64,000 nucleotides of DNA from the NCBI RefSeq assembly GCF_006345805.1, contig NC_042999.1:17484001-17548000 (forward strand). Direction: 5' to 3'. The notes below the pieces were generated by a model. That model saw only the letters and a list, made by a program, of their open reading frames with translations. It had not been told where the DNA came from and did no database searches. Positions 25,576 through 38,839 of the stretch are shown here, piece after piece. How positions within the stretch are numbered: position 1 is the stretch's first letter; each line of letters opens with the position of its first letter. Both the position numbers and the translations under genes were made by a program. Source of the DNA: Octopus sinensis. Lineage: Eukaryota.

Positions 25576-25946
25576 TATATATATGTATGTGTGTGCATGT
25601 GTGTATGCATGTGTGTATGTATGTATCAAAGGTAATGAGTCCTGGAGGAGCAGTGCTACCAGGAGTAGTGCTAGTGCTAGGGGAAGAAAACTCTAGGTAA
25701 ATCACCTGAATAAAGGTAAATGATTATTGAGGGACACGAAATACGCAGTGACACCAGTAAAAACCAGTGATATGTCCAGATGCATCGTAAGATGAATTGT
25801 GAAAAACGTAATGCAGAAATGTCTATTATTTTTAAAAACCAGTTCATTAAGATTCTTATTATCTGAATCTAATAAACACATTGCTATCAGTTCTCTTTGT
25901 TTATATATTATTGGCTAATCATCTCCGAAATGCTAATCATTGTTTA

Positions 25947-26411
25947 TCTTTCTCTATATAAACGGCAGTTTGTCTGTCTGTGTGTCTGTGTGTCTGTTAG
26001 GTTGTACCCTCACCCTGTCCACGGCTTTCAACCGATTCTGATGAAACTTGACACACACATAGCCCAATGTCATAATTCAAAACTAACGTAGCGAACATTT
26101 TGAAAAGTTCCCCCAGTTCTGAAAAAATCGATAAATTCGACATGGGGTCGAGAATCTGAGCTTTTTATATGCAACACATTTTCTGGGCTGTACGTGGGCT
26201 GTTCACGCGTTGGGAGGCGCAATGATGTTTTCATGTTTTCGCCCAAAGGGACAGCTAGGAACATCGTATACACAGAAGTATTCGAGTGAAGAGAAGACAT
26301 TGCAACCTACACATGCGCCTTCGTTCCCTAGAGGAAACGGACTAGATTGGGATTAGTCGTTGCCTACTAGGGGCTCTTACATACCCGGGCAACACCGGGC
26401 TATGCTGCTAG
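25947..26411 (+). mobile_element. Non-autonomous Helitron (465 bp)
   Basis: A|TC start, subterminal hairpin CCCGG-gcaaca-CCGGG (26384-26399), CTAG|T end, no TSD, internal GTCT/GT repeat near the 5' end. Confidence 0.85.
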
Positions 26412-27619
26412 TTCCTTTATATTAGGGATTTTGTTTCAAATTAAAATCGCTTTTCCTAACAGAATGAACGTAATTTTTCTTCGGCGCCAGAGATGTTTAG
26501 GAGAAAGTGGAAGAAATCAAAGAGAATAACAAATAAAAGGATGATTTACAAATTTGGTCATCGCGTTGGTTTTGAGGGTTCACAAATCAAGGTGACATGC
26601 GCACTAAATGGAAACTGTTTCCTTTCTTCCGAATTTGCATTGAAGCTATTTTGAATAGAAACAATGCATTTATATAAGGTGTTTCTGTAATCCTTCTGTT
26701 TTCAGAATCAATCATTTGTTTCAGGCGGATTCATTTGACAAGCATCTATCCCTTTGATGGGTGAAAAACGAGAATTGTCAAGTAAAAGAAATTATCGATC
26801 GGAATACATTTGGCGAATTCAAAGGCGTCAGCGTGTGATTGGTTATAATCTGTAAACTTATCAACATAAAAATGACTGAACATTTGTTTAAAAACGATTA
26901 TTTATTACATTAGCTTCTAGTTCAATGCATTCGTTTGCAAGTATTATGAGCGTGGGAAACTCCTTATGTTCAATTAGAGTTTGGAAAACGCCCTTTCCCA
27001 GATGATGTTCTATTCGCGGTCTTCGATTTAAGAATGTCATTTGAGTGTCTATGATGTAAAACATCGCATTACAAGAACATATTCTCGCATTTGTTATTCC
27101 ATTTACTGAACCGTTATTCTCTTCTTCAAATACGCACTTGTTAACACGTGATTTTATAAGCAGAATAACATGATGTACAAGTGCAGCATCTTAACGCTAA
27201 TTAGTAACCGTAAGGTGTATTCTCATGTTAATTGTGATAGAAAATAATGTAACCGGTTTAATACGAATGTTTATACCTCAAGTAATTTTAAGTGATTTAT
27301 ATGAGGAAAAAATTCATCTTCAGAACAGAAGAGAAATTAGAAAGAAAAAATAACGTGTATTTTGTTATTAATTAGAGACCAGCTGTATCAATAAATTCCA
27401 AATCTTTTTTCTTTTTTTGAAACGAAATGACATTGCAGTATTTCAGCAAAATATATCTAAATGCATATTTATATAAATTGCAGTTTTCTATTGTTACACT
27501 TCGTGAGTGCTTTCCGTTTCTCTGAGCTCTTTGTATTCGTTCGCAGTTAAGTCACCGATTTTACGTGCATTCCAAAACCTTATTTTGTGTTTTTTTTAAC
27601 ATTGCTTCCTATTGCATAC

Positions 27620-27621
27620 TG

Positions 27622-27682
<61 letters not shown>

Positions 27683-27827
27683 TGATAACAATAACAATAA
27701 TAATAATGATGATAATAATAATAATAATGATGATAATAATAACAATAACAATAATAATAATGATGATAATAATAATAATAACAATAACAATAATAATAAT
27801 GATGATACTAATAATAATAACAGTAAC

Positions 27828-27886
<59 letters not shown>
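27620..27886. repeat. (AAT)n array with GAT/AAC variants
   Basis: Seen directly. Confidence 0.95.
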
Positions 27887-27888
<2 letters not shown>

Positions 27889-28437
27889 GCCCTGATTCAG
27901 TACCACACGGTGGCTCTTATGGCTTCTCAACTGATTGGAAGTGTTATCATGTACATTGTTTTGTCTTGGTATAAAAGATTGGCTACAGCAAATATTCTGC
28001 TCAATACCGCAGATTTGCTTGTCAGTTGTTTGACCTTAACCATTTGAGCATGTCCCTTGGTGGCTGACTATATGTGCATTTATGATCACAAGCAGAAGTA
28101 GTGGGGGAGCAGCATAGCCGTATGTTGAAAGGAATTCTTAGAGGTTTGGATAATTCTCCTATGGAATCATAGGTGGTTCGTTCAACATCCTTAAACAACC
28201 CTTATTCAGGGACCTTTTGAGCGAGATGCGCTACTCAACCTGAAGAATATTCTAACTGGGCCCCATCTGCAAGGTCATGTGCTGTTTATCTTGATATGAG
28301 ATCACCATGTCACGCACATATGGTTGTGATGCATGTGCCTGGTGTACCCTTATCAGACGGGTAGTCATGATGGGTATATTGGGCTTCGTATATTTTACCC
28401 CAGTGTCACTTTGATGGCATACACTGCTTTCTCACTC
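27887..28437. mobile_element. 551-bp non-coding element X embedded in (AAT)n
   Basis: Complex sequence with sharp boundaries ATGCCCTG... and ...CTCACTC, (AAT)n on both sides, directly upstream of a Dong copy. Confidence 0.55.
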
Positions 28438-28447
28438 AATAATAAAC

Positions 28448-28489
<42 letters not shown>

Positions 28490-28492
28490 GTA

Positions 28493-28551
<59 letters not shown>

Positions 28552-28556
<5 letters not shown>

Positions 28557-29592
28557 CACGAGCAAAACAAAAAACTGTTTTCAGTATTTAAGGAAGCTGA
28601 CAAATACAAACAAGAAATCATACCACCTAATAAATATGAAGAAGAAGAAGAAGAAGAAGATGATGAAGAAACAACAAAAGCTATAAAACAAATAAAATCC
28701 AAACTAAAAATAGAACAGCAACGAACCATGATAAAACGATGGCAAGAAAAGCCCCTTCTTGGTAAATACTGGACTAAACTAAACGCAAAAGAAATTGACA
28801 AAGAAAAATCCCAGCAATGGTTGAGAAGCTCAGGACTCAAAGCAGAGACGGAAGGATTTTTAATTGCAGCACAAGACCAAAGCCTCCCCACCAGAAATTA
28901 TCAAAAACATGTAATGAAAAGAAATATAACAAGTAACTGCAGAATATGTGGAGATGGACAAGAAACAATAAATCATATTATCTCTAGCTGCCCAGTCCTG
29001 GCTAAGAAGGAATATATTCACAGACATGACAGATTTGGAACCTACATACATTGGAAGCTATGCCAATATTATGGAATAACAACAGAAAAAAGATGGTATG
29101 TGCACACACCAGAAAAGGTCACAGAAAACGAGAAAGCAACCATACTCTGGGATATGCCGATACACACAGATAGAGAAATTAAGGCCAACAGACCAGATAT
29201 AGTTGTCAGAGATTATGAAGAAAAAAAAAATGCTTTCTAATTGATTTATCAATACCGGCAAATGACAACGTGTCTCTAAAAGAAATGGAGAAACTCTCAA
29301 AATACAAAGACCTGGAAATAGAGGTAACCGGAATGTGGAATCTAAAAACAGAAACAATTCTTATTAGGCATGATAAAAAAATATTCAGACAAATACGTAA
29401 CAAAAACACCAGGACTTACAAACACATATAACATACAGAGAATTGCACTACTAGGCACTGCACACATCCTATGCAGAACACTTTCCATACAATAACCATC
29501 AGAGCATCACAGCAAATCACTGCACATACCCAAGGCACACAGAGCTGCGCTCGGTAGTGAAGTGAAAGCACGCTACAAAAATAAAACTCCTG
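28552..29592 (+). pseudogene. R4/Dong-clade RLE LINE, 5'-truncated copy (CCHC knuckle, RLE domain, 3' UTR)
   Basis: CRICG..ETINHIISSC zinc knuckle, RHD, WD..IHTD..IKANRPDIVV, then frameshifted LID..P..DNV..KEMEKLSKYKDL; ends CTG(AAT)n; highly similar to 54820-55948. Confidence 0.9.
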
Positions 29593-29616
29593 AATAATAA
29601 TAATAAAAAAAAAAAA

Positions 29617-29650
<34 letters not shown>

Positions 29651-29699
29651 TAATAATAATAATAATAATATTAATTATAAATAATAATAATAATTTATT

Positions 29700-29920
29700 G
29701 TAATGCGGTGAGCTGGCAGAATCGTTACTGAACCGGGAAACAAGCTCAGTTGTATTTATTCTGATTTTATGTTCCGAGTTTTTATTCCGATGGAGGTCAA
29801 TTTTGCATTTCTTCCTTTCGGGGTCGATAAAATAAGCACCGTTTGAACACTGGGGTTGATGTAATTATTCCTCCCTTGCCCTAGAAATTACTGGCAGGTT
29901 GCCAAAGTTTGAAACCAATA
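29700..29920 (+). mobile_element. S4 SINE, diverged
   Basis: GGTGAGCTGGCAGAATCGTT head, GGGGTCGATAAAATAAG module, tail TTGCCAAAGTTTGAAACC. Confidence 0.65.
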
Positions 29921-30129
29921 TTAATTTATTTCATTTTTCCTGATACTGTTTTTTTCTATATAATCAGTATTTACGTATTGTTCTAGGAAGAATGATGTGC
30001 TCAATAGGCAATTATTTGAAATCCATTCTCACATTTTCAAATGGAACAGAAGCAAGTTATGCACTCATGTTTATCACGCTGCCATACAACGGTGAGTGTC
30101 TTCTGGTAAGGAAATAATAATCATCAATT

Positions 30130-30938
30130 TATTTATTTACTATTGCCCACAGGGGGATAAGCATAGAAGGGACAAATAAGGACAGACAAAGGGATTAACT
30201 CGATTACATTGACAACAGTGCGTAAATGGTACTTATGTACTCGACCCCGAAATGATGAGAGGCAAATCGACCTGAGCGCTATTTGAGGTCAAAGGTAAAA
30301 CACGGAAAAAAATTCCTATTTCTTTACTACCCAGAAGGGGCTAAACACAGAGGGGACAAGCAAGGAGAGACAAACGGATTAAGTATATTATATCGACCCC
30401 AGTGCGTAACTGGTACTTATTTAATTGACCCCGAAAGGATGAAAGGCAAAGTCGACCTCGGCGGAATTTGAACTCAGAACGTAGTGGCAGACAAAATACC
30501 GCGTAGCATTTCGCCCGGCGTGCTAACGTTTTTTATTTCTTTATTGTCCACAAGGGCTAAACATAGAGGGGACAAACAAGGATACACAAAGAGATTAAGT
30601 CGATTACATCGACGGCAGTGCGTAGCTGGTACTTGATTTCTCGACCCCGAAAGATGAAAGGAAAAGTCGGCCTCGGCGGAATTTGAACTCAGAACGTAAC
30701 GCAGACGAAATACCTATTTCTTTACTACCCACAAGGGGCTAAACGCAGAGGAGACAAACAAACGGATTAAGTCGATTACATCGACCCCTGAGCGTAACTG
30801 GTGCTTAATTTATCGATTCCGAAAGGATGAAAGGCAAAGTCGACCTCAGCGCAATTTGAACTCTGAACGTAGCGGCAGATGAAATACCGCTAAGCATTTT
30901 GCCCGGTGTGCCAAATTTTGTGCCAGCTCACCGCCTTG
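30130..30938 (-). mobile_element. S3 SINE four-unit head-to-tail array
   Basis: Four tails; junctions at 30713/14 (AAATAG|GTATTTCG), about 30531 (AAATAA|AAACGTTAGC) and 30315/16 (degenerate). Confidence 0.88.
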
Positions 30939-32533
30939 TAATCGTCAGTTTATTAGTGCATGTTTAAACTATGTTAAATATAAAAAGTACATTCGATATA
31001 AAACACTGATCTTATAAGATTCAGCATGAAATCAAATAAGAACCGAGTGGCTCCATATTGCAACGTATTTATTTCATCTGTATACAATGAAGTTAACTAA
31101 GGAACTAGATGATCGGACATGTTGCGCGTTAGATACTGAATACCTTCCGTTGTTCACAGACTAACCTTATGTTAGACTTAATATGTCACACATTTTCAGA
31201 AGGTCACATGGCACGTTACATGAATTTAGCATACTCTGATGTGTTACAAGCATTTGAGATAGTTTCTAGAATGATTAGACAATCTTCCATCCTTTAATTA
31301 CTCTTGACATACGCATCGGTACTCATTTCTTCCTGGATTAAAGGAGAAAATAAATATTCTTTATAAAACAGGAGACACATATTAAAAAAATTATATAACT
31401 TAACTATAACTATAACTTATATATTATATCATAGATATAATATAAATATACAGCTGGTGAAAATGTTTTCTCTTGGTAAAAACTATATGCTATGTACAAT
31501 CACCGACGAATGCTCACGTTATTTATAGTGCACTACCAGTCATACGACCTAAGTTTTGCAGCAGTATCTCATTCTCTAGATGGCAGAAGTACATTGATTA
31601 ATTCTGGCTGATTTCATTCACCTACCACTCTTAAATCAACATTTTTGATTGCTAGATTTAGCACTTATTATTCCAACATGCATTCCATCCTAAACTTGTA
31701 AACTTCAGCAAATCCCTTCCGTCAAAGATTTCCATAAACTCGTCGTACATAAGTTTAAGTCATCCATCACCCACGTCAATCACTTCCAATATTGGTCTGC
31801 CTGGAATCGACAAAGTTATTGCCTGCCATCAGCTGTCTAATATATGAACAATATAAATTAAAGCTATTCAAAGTGAAAAGTTGCGTACTCATAGAGACCT
31901 TGTAAATCCATAATAAAACGGTTTCATCTAGCGTTGGCCCACACCACATAAATAACATAAATAGCCTCTGTTAATTACATCATTACAAAAGCTCTTCCGA
32001 AGAATGATTACAGCTGCATACAATTTTCTTTGCTCTTTTGTTTACGAGATAAATGATAGCAAACTTTAACTACTCGCGTGCAGTATAATTAATTTTATGG
32101 ATCAAGTTACTTTACCATAAATGTTTATTCTCATGAATAGTTCAATAAAAACAATACAATTATTCTCATTTACTTTATCGTTTTAGATTATCTCTCGATC
32201 ATTTAAACAATTTTTTAAAAGGTTTGAACTTCAGTATCAAAGTTGGCTGTCATCAGTATGAAGAAAAAATATCACCACTTTGAAGATTTAATTCATTTAA
32301 ATCCGGGTTGCATTGTAACCATCTTCAATGCCTATACGGTTAGAAAGAAAATTGAAGCGATTACTTTTATTTAAATACGTTATTGTTATTCGTAATGTAA
32401 ATGAATGTAAGCGCCATGAAATTCTAAATTTGCATCCGTTACTCGATCACGTTTACAGTAATATACTTTGCTAATGCCATTTCTTTAAATTTCGCATCGT
32501 ATATATCTTCCGAATCTGTATATTGTAAATACA

Positions 32534-32952
32534 AAGGCAGCGAGCTGGCAGAAACGTTAGTACGCCAGGCGAAATGCTTAGCGGCATTTCGTCTGCCGTT
32601 ACGTTCCGAGTTCAAATTCCGCCGAGTTCGACTTTGCCTTTCATCGTTTTGGAGGTCGATAAATTAAGTACCAGTTACGCACTGGGAACGATGTAAACGA
32701 CTTAATACCTATTTCTGTACATGTTTGTCCCATCTATGTTTAAACCCTTGTGGGTAATAAAGAAATAGGTATTTCATCTGCCGTTACGTTCTGAGTTCAA
32801 ATTCCGCCGAGGTCGACTTTGCCTTTCATCCTTTCGGAGGTCGATAAATTACGTACCAGTTACGCACTGGGGTCGATGTAATCGACTTAATCCGTATGTC
32901 TGTCCTTGTTTGTCCTCTCTGTGTTTAGTCCCTTGTGGGTTATAAATAAATA
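32534..32952 (+). mobile_element. S3 SINE dimer flanked by one TSD
   Basis: Junction AAATAG|GTATTTC at 32768/69; TSD GAATCTGTAT(A/G)TTGT(A/T)AATACA at 32512-32533 and 32953-32974 (20/22). Confidence 0.9.
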
Positions 32953-33418
32953 GAATCTGTATGTTGTTAATACAGAGTACACGCACACACACGCATACAC
33001 ATATTCACACACGTACGTACATATGTGTCCACATATACATATTCACACATACACACAGAGAGGCTGGAGTATAGTTGTTAAGATGCACGCATAGTAGCTA
33101 ATGGCTTGTACCAGGTAAAGATCGCGAAACGTAATAAATTCCAGTCTAGTATCGAATGTAGAAGTGCCACTGTTCTTATGATATGAGCTGTAATTCGAAA
33201 TCAATAATTGATAAACGTATTTCGAATTAATGCTCTTGCTTATGAAAAGAATGGAATAGTGCAATTCTATGAATGTCTATAGAATTCCGATGTTGAGATC
33301 TCTGTTTGAGCCTATACGCAGGTCTATACAAAATGCTTGGGTTCATCAGATATCATATCAACGAAGAAACGTAAGAAAAAAGCGAAAAAATGATAATGGG
33401 CATATCTAAGCAAAGTGG

Positions 33419-33717
33419 GTGGAGATATATGGCCTAGTGGTTAGAGCAGCGGACTCGCGGTCGAGTGTTCGCGGGTTCGAATCTCAAACGGGGCGATGTG
33501 TGTGTTTATGAGCGAAACACCTAAGCTCCAGGCGGCACCGACAGAAGGTAATGGCGAACTTCTACTGACTCTTTCGCCACAAATTTCTCTCACTCTTTCC
33601 TCCTGCATCTAGCTGCTCGCCTGCGACGGACCGGCGTCCCGTCCAGGTGGGGAACCTATACGCCAATGTAATCGGGAGACCTGCCCTTATGAGCCAGTCA
33701 TGGCTCAAGAAGGAACA
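33419..33717 (+). mobile_element. S1-related SINE, tail type 3
   Basis: S1-like head (TGGCCTAGTGGTTAG, GGTTCGAATC) and middle; tail GACGGACCGGCGTCCCGTCCAGG...ATGAGCCAGTCATGGCTCAAGAAGGAAC. Confidence 0.8.
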
Positions 33718-33892
33718 AAAAAAAAGCAAAAATAAAATATAGAAATTGGAAGTTTCGGTGAAGTTTATTCTTTCTCATATTAAATAAGGTCTTCTAACCA
33801 TATCGTTGAGTAGTGTTTTTAAAATGTGGTGCGAGAGTGAACTACATTAGGGGAGCAAAAATATTTAATAATTAGTTTTTATAACAGTGATT

Positions 33893-34143
33893 GTGTAGGC
33901 ACGTGGCTTAGTGGTTAGGGTATCATGATCGTCAGATTGTGGTTTCGATTCATCGACAGGGCGATGCGTTGTGTTCTTGAGCAAAACACTTCATTTCACG
34001 TTGCTCCAGTCCATTCAGCTGGCAAAGATGAGTAACGCTGCGATGGACTGGCGTCCCTTCCACCCGGGTAACGCATATGCCATAGAAACCAGAGAACCGG
34101 ACCCATGAGCCTGAATAGTCTTTAAAAGAGCACATTTATTTTA
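33893..34143 (+). mobile_element. tRNA-derived SINE with TGTGTTCTTGAGCAAAACACTT core, TSD-flanked
   Basis: A/B-box-like head; GATGGACTGGCGTCC segment shared with 33419; TSD TTTTTA(T/A)AACAGTGATT at 33876-33892 and 34144-34160 (16/17). Confidence 0.8.
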
Positions 34144-35486
34144 TTTTTAAAACAGTGATTAAAATGTTTTAGCATCAGTATTTCTTCAGCCAGGAGAACG
34201 AGAGAGGAATACCACCGTTTAATGTAGACTGGTATATGTAAGGAAAGGCTAATAACTTGGACCCACGAATATACTACATAATACACAATACATAAAAGAA
34301 CATTAAATACTACATAAAAAGACAAACAAAAGACAACAGTGCAGGCGAAGACCGTACAACATCAATACAAAACATTATATAAAAAAGTAACAATAGAAAA
34401 AGGTGTCGTGCAGCGTAATTTCACATGGGAGCTATGAAATGTGACATAAAGAGAATTGACATGCGGAGTGTAAGGAAATAGGTTGAATAAGACCTTTGCT
34501 TTATGACATTCTACGGTATTGAACATCAAAAGTAATGCCGTTACATTTTAAAGGATTTCATCGAAAATATGTTCTCCGATGAATACTTCTCTGGAGTAAA
34601 ATTTTACGTAAAGGAAAAAATAGTCAATTTTATGTTATTAGGTATATACAGGCTACAAGACGTATAGACATGTCTCTATTTTGTTCGAACCACAATAGGA
34701 ACAAATGAAATGCAATTCATACACGAACACTGAAGCTCATACAGAAAAGAACACGCTTACAAACAAACACACATTGTGTGTTAGAATAAATTGGTTTTAT
34801 TTAATTCCCACCAATACCCGCGTTTGGAAATGGGTTTCTCGATTTCCGTTGTGTTAAAAATGAAACAAAAACAAAAAATATAAAATAAAAACAAGCAAAT
34901 AAACGCAAAAAAAATTTTTTTTTTCTTTCCTTTGTTAAAATTGCCTGCACAACTTCATACAGTATTCAGATCTTGAATATCCAATGGCACATTCATATTC
35001 AATAGGAGTATTTTTGCCGACCAATCAAATTACGAATGCGTCTCCACATTGATCTTCGAATTATAATACTTCAGTCCTACCTTGGGAACATCGAATCATG
35101 CAAATTGCATTAATTTCCCTCATATGGAATATTTTTTTGATTCTTTGAAGAAGCAGTATATATTGTTTGTGGGTACATAACTATTAATTTACAATGCGGT
35201 AGTATGCATATAATTATAAGCTACCTTCGCTATCGATTCTTTCTCCCTTTTTATTCTTCAGAATCACAATTCGCTTTTATCATTGCAATACACTTTAGTT
35301 TACTTGCTGATAAATCATGAAAGCATATCTCGGTATTTTGCGAGCATAATAGACGCATTGTTATTTCTATGATAATTTTCTTAATATTCTTTGCCAATAA
35401 TTCGTTTGAAACATGAGTGAAAAGCTAAGGGGAACATTTAAAAACAGTAGCTTGATGTATATCTCTATACCTGCATGTGTATACAT

Positions 35487-35528
<42 letters not shown>

Positions 35529-35695
35529 ATATGTATATGCACACGGACACACCACACATACATATGTGCATATATAAATATGTGTGTGTGCTTCTGTGTG
35601 CAAGTGTATGTGTATCGTGTGCGTCTCACATCTTCTTCTATCGTTCTCTCTGTCTACAGACAAACATATATATATACCTACATGCATACATACGT

Positions 35696-35732
<37 letters not shown>

Positions 35733-36304
35733 CATTTATGTCTATACATGTATGTCTTTTTGTGTGTAATATGTATGTGTCAGTGTGTGTGCGTACATAT
35801 GTGTATGTGTATGCGTGTGTGTATGTGCGTGTGTAGATGTGCGTGTGTCTATGCGTGTGCGTATGAATTGTGGCTTGGGAAATCAATGACCTCGATTTTG
35901 TCCGATATGTCTTCTCCATTGAACCTGATGTTGTGTAATAATCATGTAAGAAATATTGATAAATAACGCTAGTGTTATCCTCTCTGCAGCGCATCTTGAT
36001 GTGGGTTAATTTTCTAAGGTTCTCTGGAGCCCTCAATGCATACAAGTAGTAATCGTTAGAGATTATCCGACGCAACCCAAGAAAATATTGTATTAATATT
36101 TCACTAATAAACGCGAACCTAAAAGAAGTAAAGCGATTGGCAAAAGGCCTCTTCATTCGGAAGGCATTGAGTAAAATGACTAAGAAATGATGGCTGTGGA
36201 ATTGACCTATTTATTTACTAACATGTAAGTCAAGTTAATTTTGAAACGGCTCAGTCCTGTTGTAAATCTTTCCCAAACTTGACACAATTGTTAATACAAA
36301 CACA

Positions 36305-36490
36305 CACGCACAATCACAGACACATATAGGACGAACGTTTTTCAATTTCCGTCCACCAATTCCACTCACAAGGCTTTGGTCGGCTCGTGGCTATAGTAGA
36401 AGACACTTGTCCAAGGTAACACGCAGTAGGCCCAAACCGGGAACCATATGGTATGGAAGCAAACTTATTACTATGCAGTCACGCCTGTGG
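36305..36490 (-). mobile_element. S2 SINE 5' half, diverged
   Basis: TTCCACTCACAAGGCTTTGGTCGG and CTATAGTAGAAGACACTTG motifs. Confidence 0.75.
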
Positions 36491-36492
36491 CA

Positions 36493-36543
<51 letters not shown>

Positions 36544-36879
36544 TGTGTGTGTATGTGTGTGGGTGCTGTGCACGTTCAGTATATTTGAAATCACTTGTGT
36601 ACGCTATTCTTCAATTCAAACGCCAATATTCATAGTCTCACCATCAATATTTCTACGATATCAAAGCCTCATCATCAGGATAACAAGTTGGTGTCTTGAC
36701 TTACGCAGTTTGGGGGACAAATGCAGAGATGTGCATCGAGTTATATTTACTGACCTGTAGATTTATATGTCACTAGAGGAGAACATTTTGTTTGTGAATT
36801 GTTTGCGTTGCTTGTATATTTATTTTCAAATTATACCCTGTTATTTGTCAATAATCATTTACGTTTAAGGCGATGTACT

Positions 36880-37082
36880 AGCAGGATCATGAGGGTGCCG
36901 GGTAAAATGCTTAGCGGTGTTTTGACCGTCTTTACGTTCTGCATTCAGATTTCGCCGAGATTGACTTTGGCTTTCAACATTTCTGGTTCTATAAAATAAA
37001 TGCCAGTCAAGCTCTGGAGTTGATACAATCGACTCTCCCTTCCCCTGTAATTCCTGGCCTATTGCCAAAATTTGAAAACCAA
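36880..37082 (+). mobile_element. S4 SINE, diverged
   Basis: AAATGCTTAGCGGT body and tail CTGGCCTATTGCCAAAATTTGAAAACC. Confidence 0.65.
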
Positions 37083-37652
37083 TGATTACCTAATTTTGTT
37101 TCTTCTAATGCATTGCTAACTAGATGCACGGTTCTGTGCTTTGAAAATGCTTCTTACCAATGGCATGGTAAAGTGTTGAAAATGCGTCGTAATTGTATGA
37201 CCAGCGTAAAAACTTCAGTAGTGAACTATAAAATTCTACGATTGCCACCGTCTATATAAACCAATCTTGTCATAAGTAGCTTGTTGGTAGATTGGCGTGC
37301 GTGTGAAGTAAAGATAAAAATAATTTATTTCAGTGTTTTACTCACATGAGAAGTAGATCCTCATTTGGCGCTATGAAGTTTCTATTTTCTTTTCATGTGT
37401 CCATCTCTCCTATGGTTAATGTTCATATGATGCATATAATTCAACTTACACTGTGTGTAATTTTTGTAACAGGACCAGTGTCTGCAGTATTATTCGTTGT
37501 ATATATGGCTGAGTTTAAAATTGTGAGTTGCCAAAATCGTAAGCATACCTGACAAAAGCTTTAGCGGCCTTTCAATTGAATTTATATTCCCAGTTCAAAT
37601 TCCGCCGTGAACGAATCTGCCTTTCGTCCCTTCTGGATCAATAAAAATGGGA

Positions 37653-38017
37653 TGGAAGCACTCCGTCGGTTACGACGACGAGGGTTCCGGTTGATCCGAA
37701 TCAACGGAACAGCCTGCTCGTGAAATTAACGTGTAAGTGGCTGAGCACTCCACAGACACGTGTACCCTTAACGTAGTTCTCGGGGATATTCAGCGTGACA
37801 CAGAGAGTGACAAGGCCGGCCCTTTGAAATACAGGTACAACAGAAACAGGAAGTAAGAGTGAGAGAAAGTTCTGGTGAAAGAGTACAGCAGGGATCACCA
37901 CCACTCCCCGCCGGAGCCTCGCGGAGCTTTAGGTGTTTTCGCTCAATAAACACTCTCAACGCCCGGTCTGGGAATCAAAACCGCGATCCTATGACCGCGA
38001 ATCCGCTGCCCTAACCA
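37653..38017 (-). mobile_element. S1 SINE tail type 1, slightly 5'-truncated, nested in an older S3/S4-like SINE
   Basis: Reverse complement of 5561-5950; host SINE halves at 37555-37650 and 38020-38110. Confidence 0.88.
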
Positions 38018-38267
38018 ATATTCAAATAAAGTACTAGGCAAGCACCAGTGTGGATGTAATCGATTACCCCGCCTCCTCCACAATTTCAGGTTTTCTGTAT
38101 AAAGTAGAAAGCACAAATGTCTCAGTTTGTTGCGTTGCTAAGTGATCTCATGTCCTGATGTATGGGAGCAGGGCTGTCGTTTCTACAGTGTGCCTTGGAC
38201 GTATAATCCCTGAAAACCTCGTTCTAATCATATTGGTAAGCAAGCTACTTACCACACAACCACTCCT

Positions 38268-38385
38268 TTTTATAATTTGCATGTATATATTTTATTATAA
38301 ATGCAAAACAACACCACGGAAGAATCGACGTAAGCTTAAATAATAAACCGCGATATGTGAATCGCGACATGGTGAGGGATTATTT
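38268..38385 (+). mobile_element. Right half of the pogo/Tigger-like MITE
   Basis: Matches 41170-41300, including GAATCGACGTAAGCTTAAATAATAAACCGCGAT and the terminal GAGGGATTA. Confidence 0.7.
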
Positions 38386-38422
38386 TTACATCTGCAATTC
38401 CATAGTATCCTTAGAGTTTATA

Positions 38423-38839
38423 TACTCTTTTACTCTTTTACTTGTTTCAGTCATTTGACTGCGGCCATGCTGGAGCACCGCCTTTAGTCGAGCAAATCGA
38501 CCCCGGTACTTATTCCTTGTAAGCCCAGTACTTATTCTATCGGTCTCTATAAGCCGAACCGCTAAGTGACGGGGACGTAAACACACCAGCATCGGTTGTC
38601 AAGCAATGCTAGGGAGACAAACACAGACACACAAAGATATACACAAACACTTATATATATATATATATATACATATATACGTCAGGCTTCTTTCAGTTTC
38701 CGTCTACCAAATCCACTCACAAGGCATTGGTCGGCCCGGGGCTATAGCAGAAAAGACACTTGCCCAAGATGCCATGCAGTGGGACTGAACCCGGAACCAT
38801 GTGGTTAGGAAGCAAGCTACTTACCACACAGCCACTCCT
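38423..38839 (-). mobile_element. S2 SINE, full length
   Basis: Close reverse-complement match to 40487-40945. Confidence 0.9.

Noticed and set aside
26036-26060. CTGATGAAAC inside the Helitron as an HHR (also 256, 11322, 44712, 46383 minus)
   Set aside because: No stem II followed by GAAA, or no stem I/III partners.
37473-37522. 50-bp AG..GTGAGT-bounded candidate exon (also 61196-61334 minus and an acceptor near 1900)
   Set aside because: Such signals are expected by chance in 64 kb; the peptides are unrecognisable and no partner exons were found.
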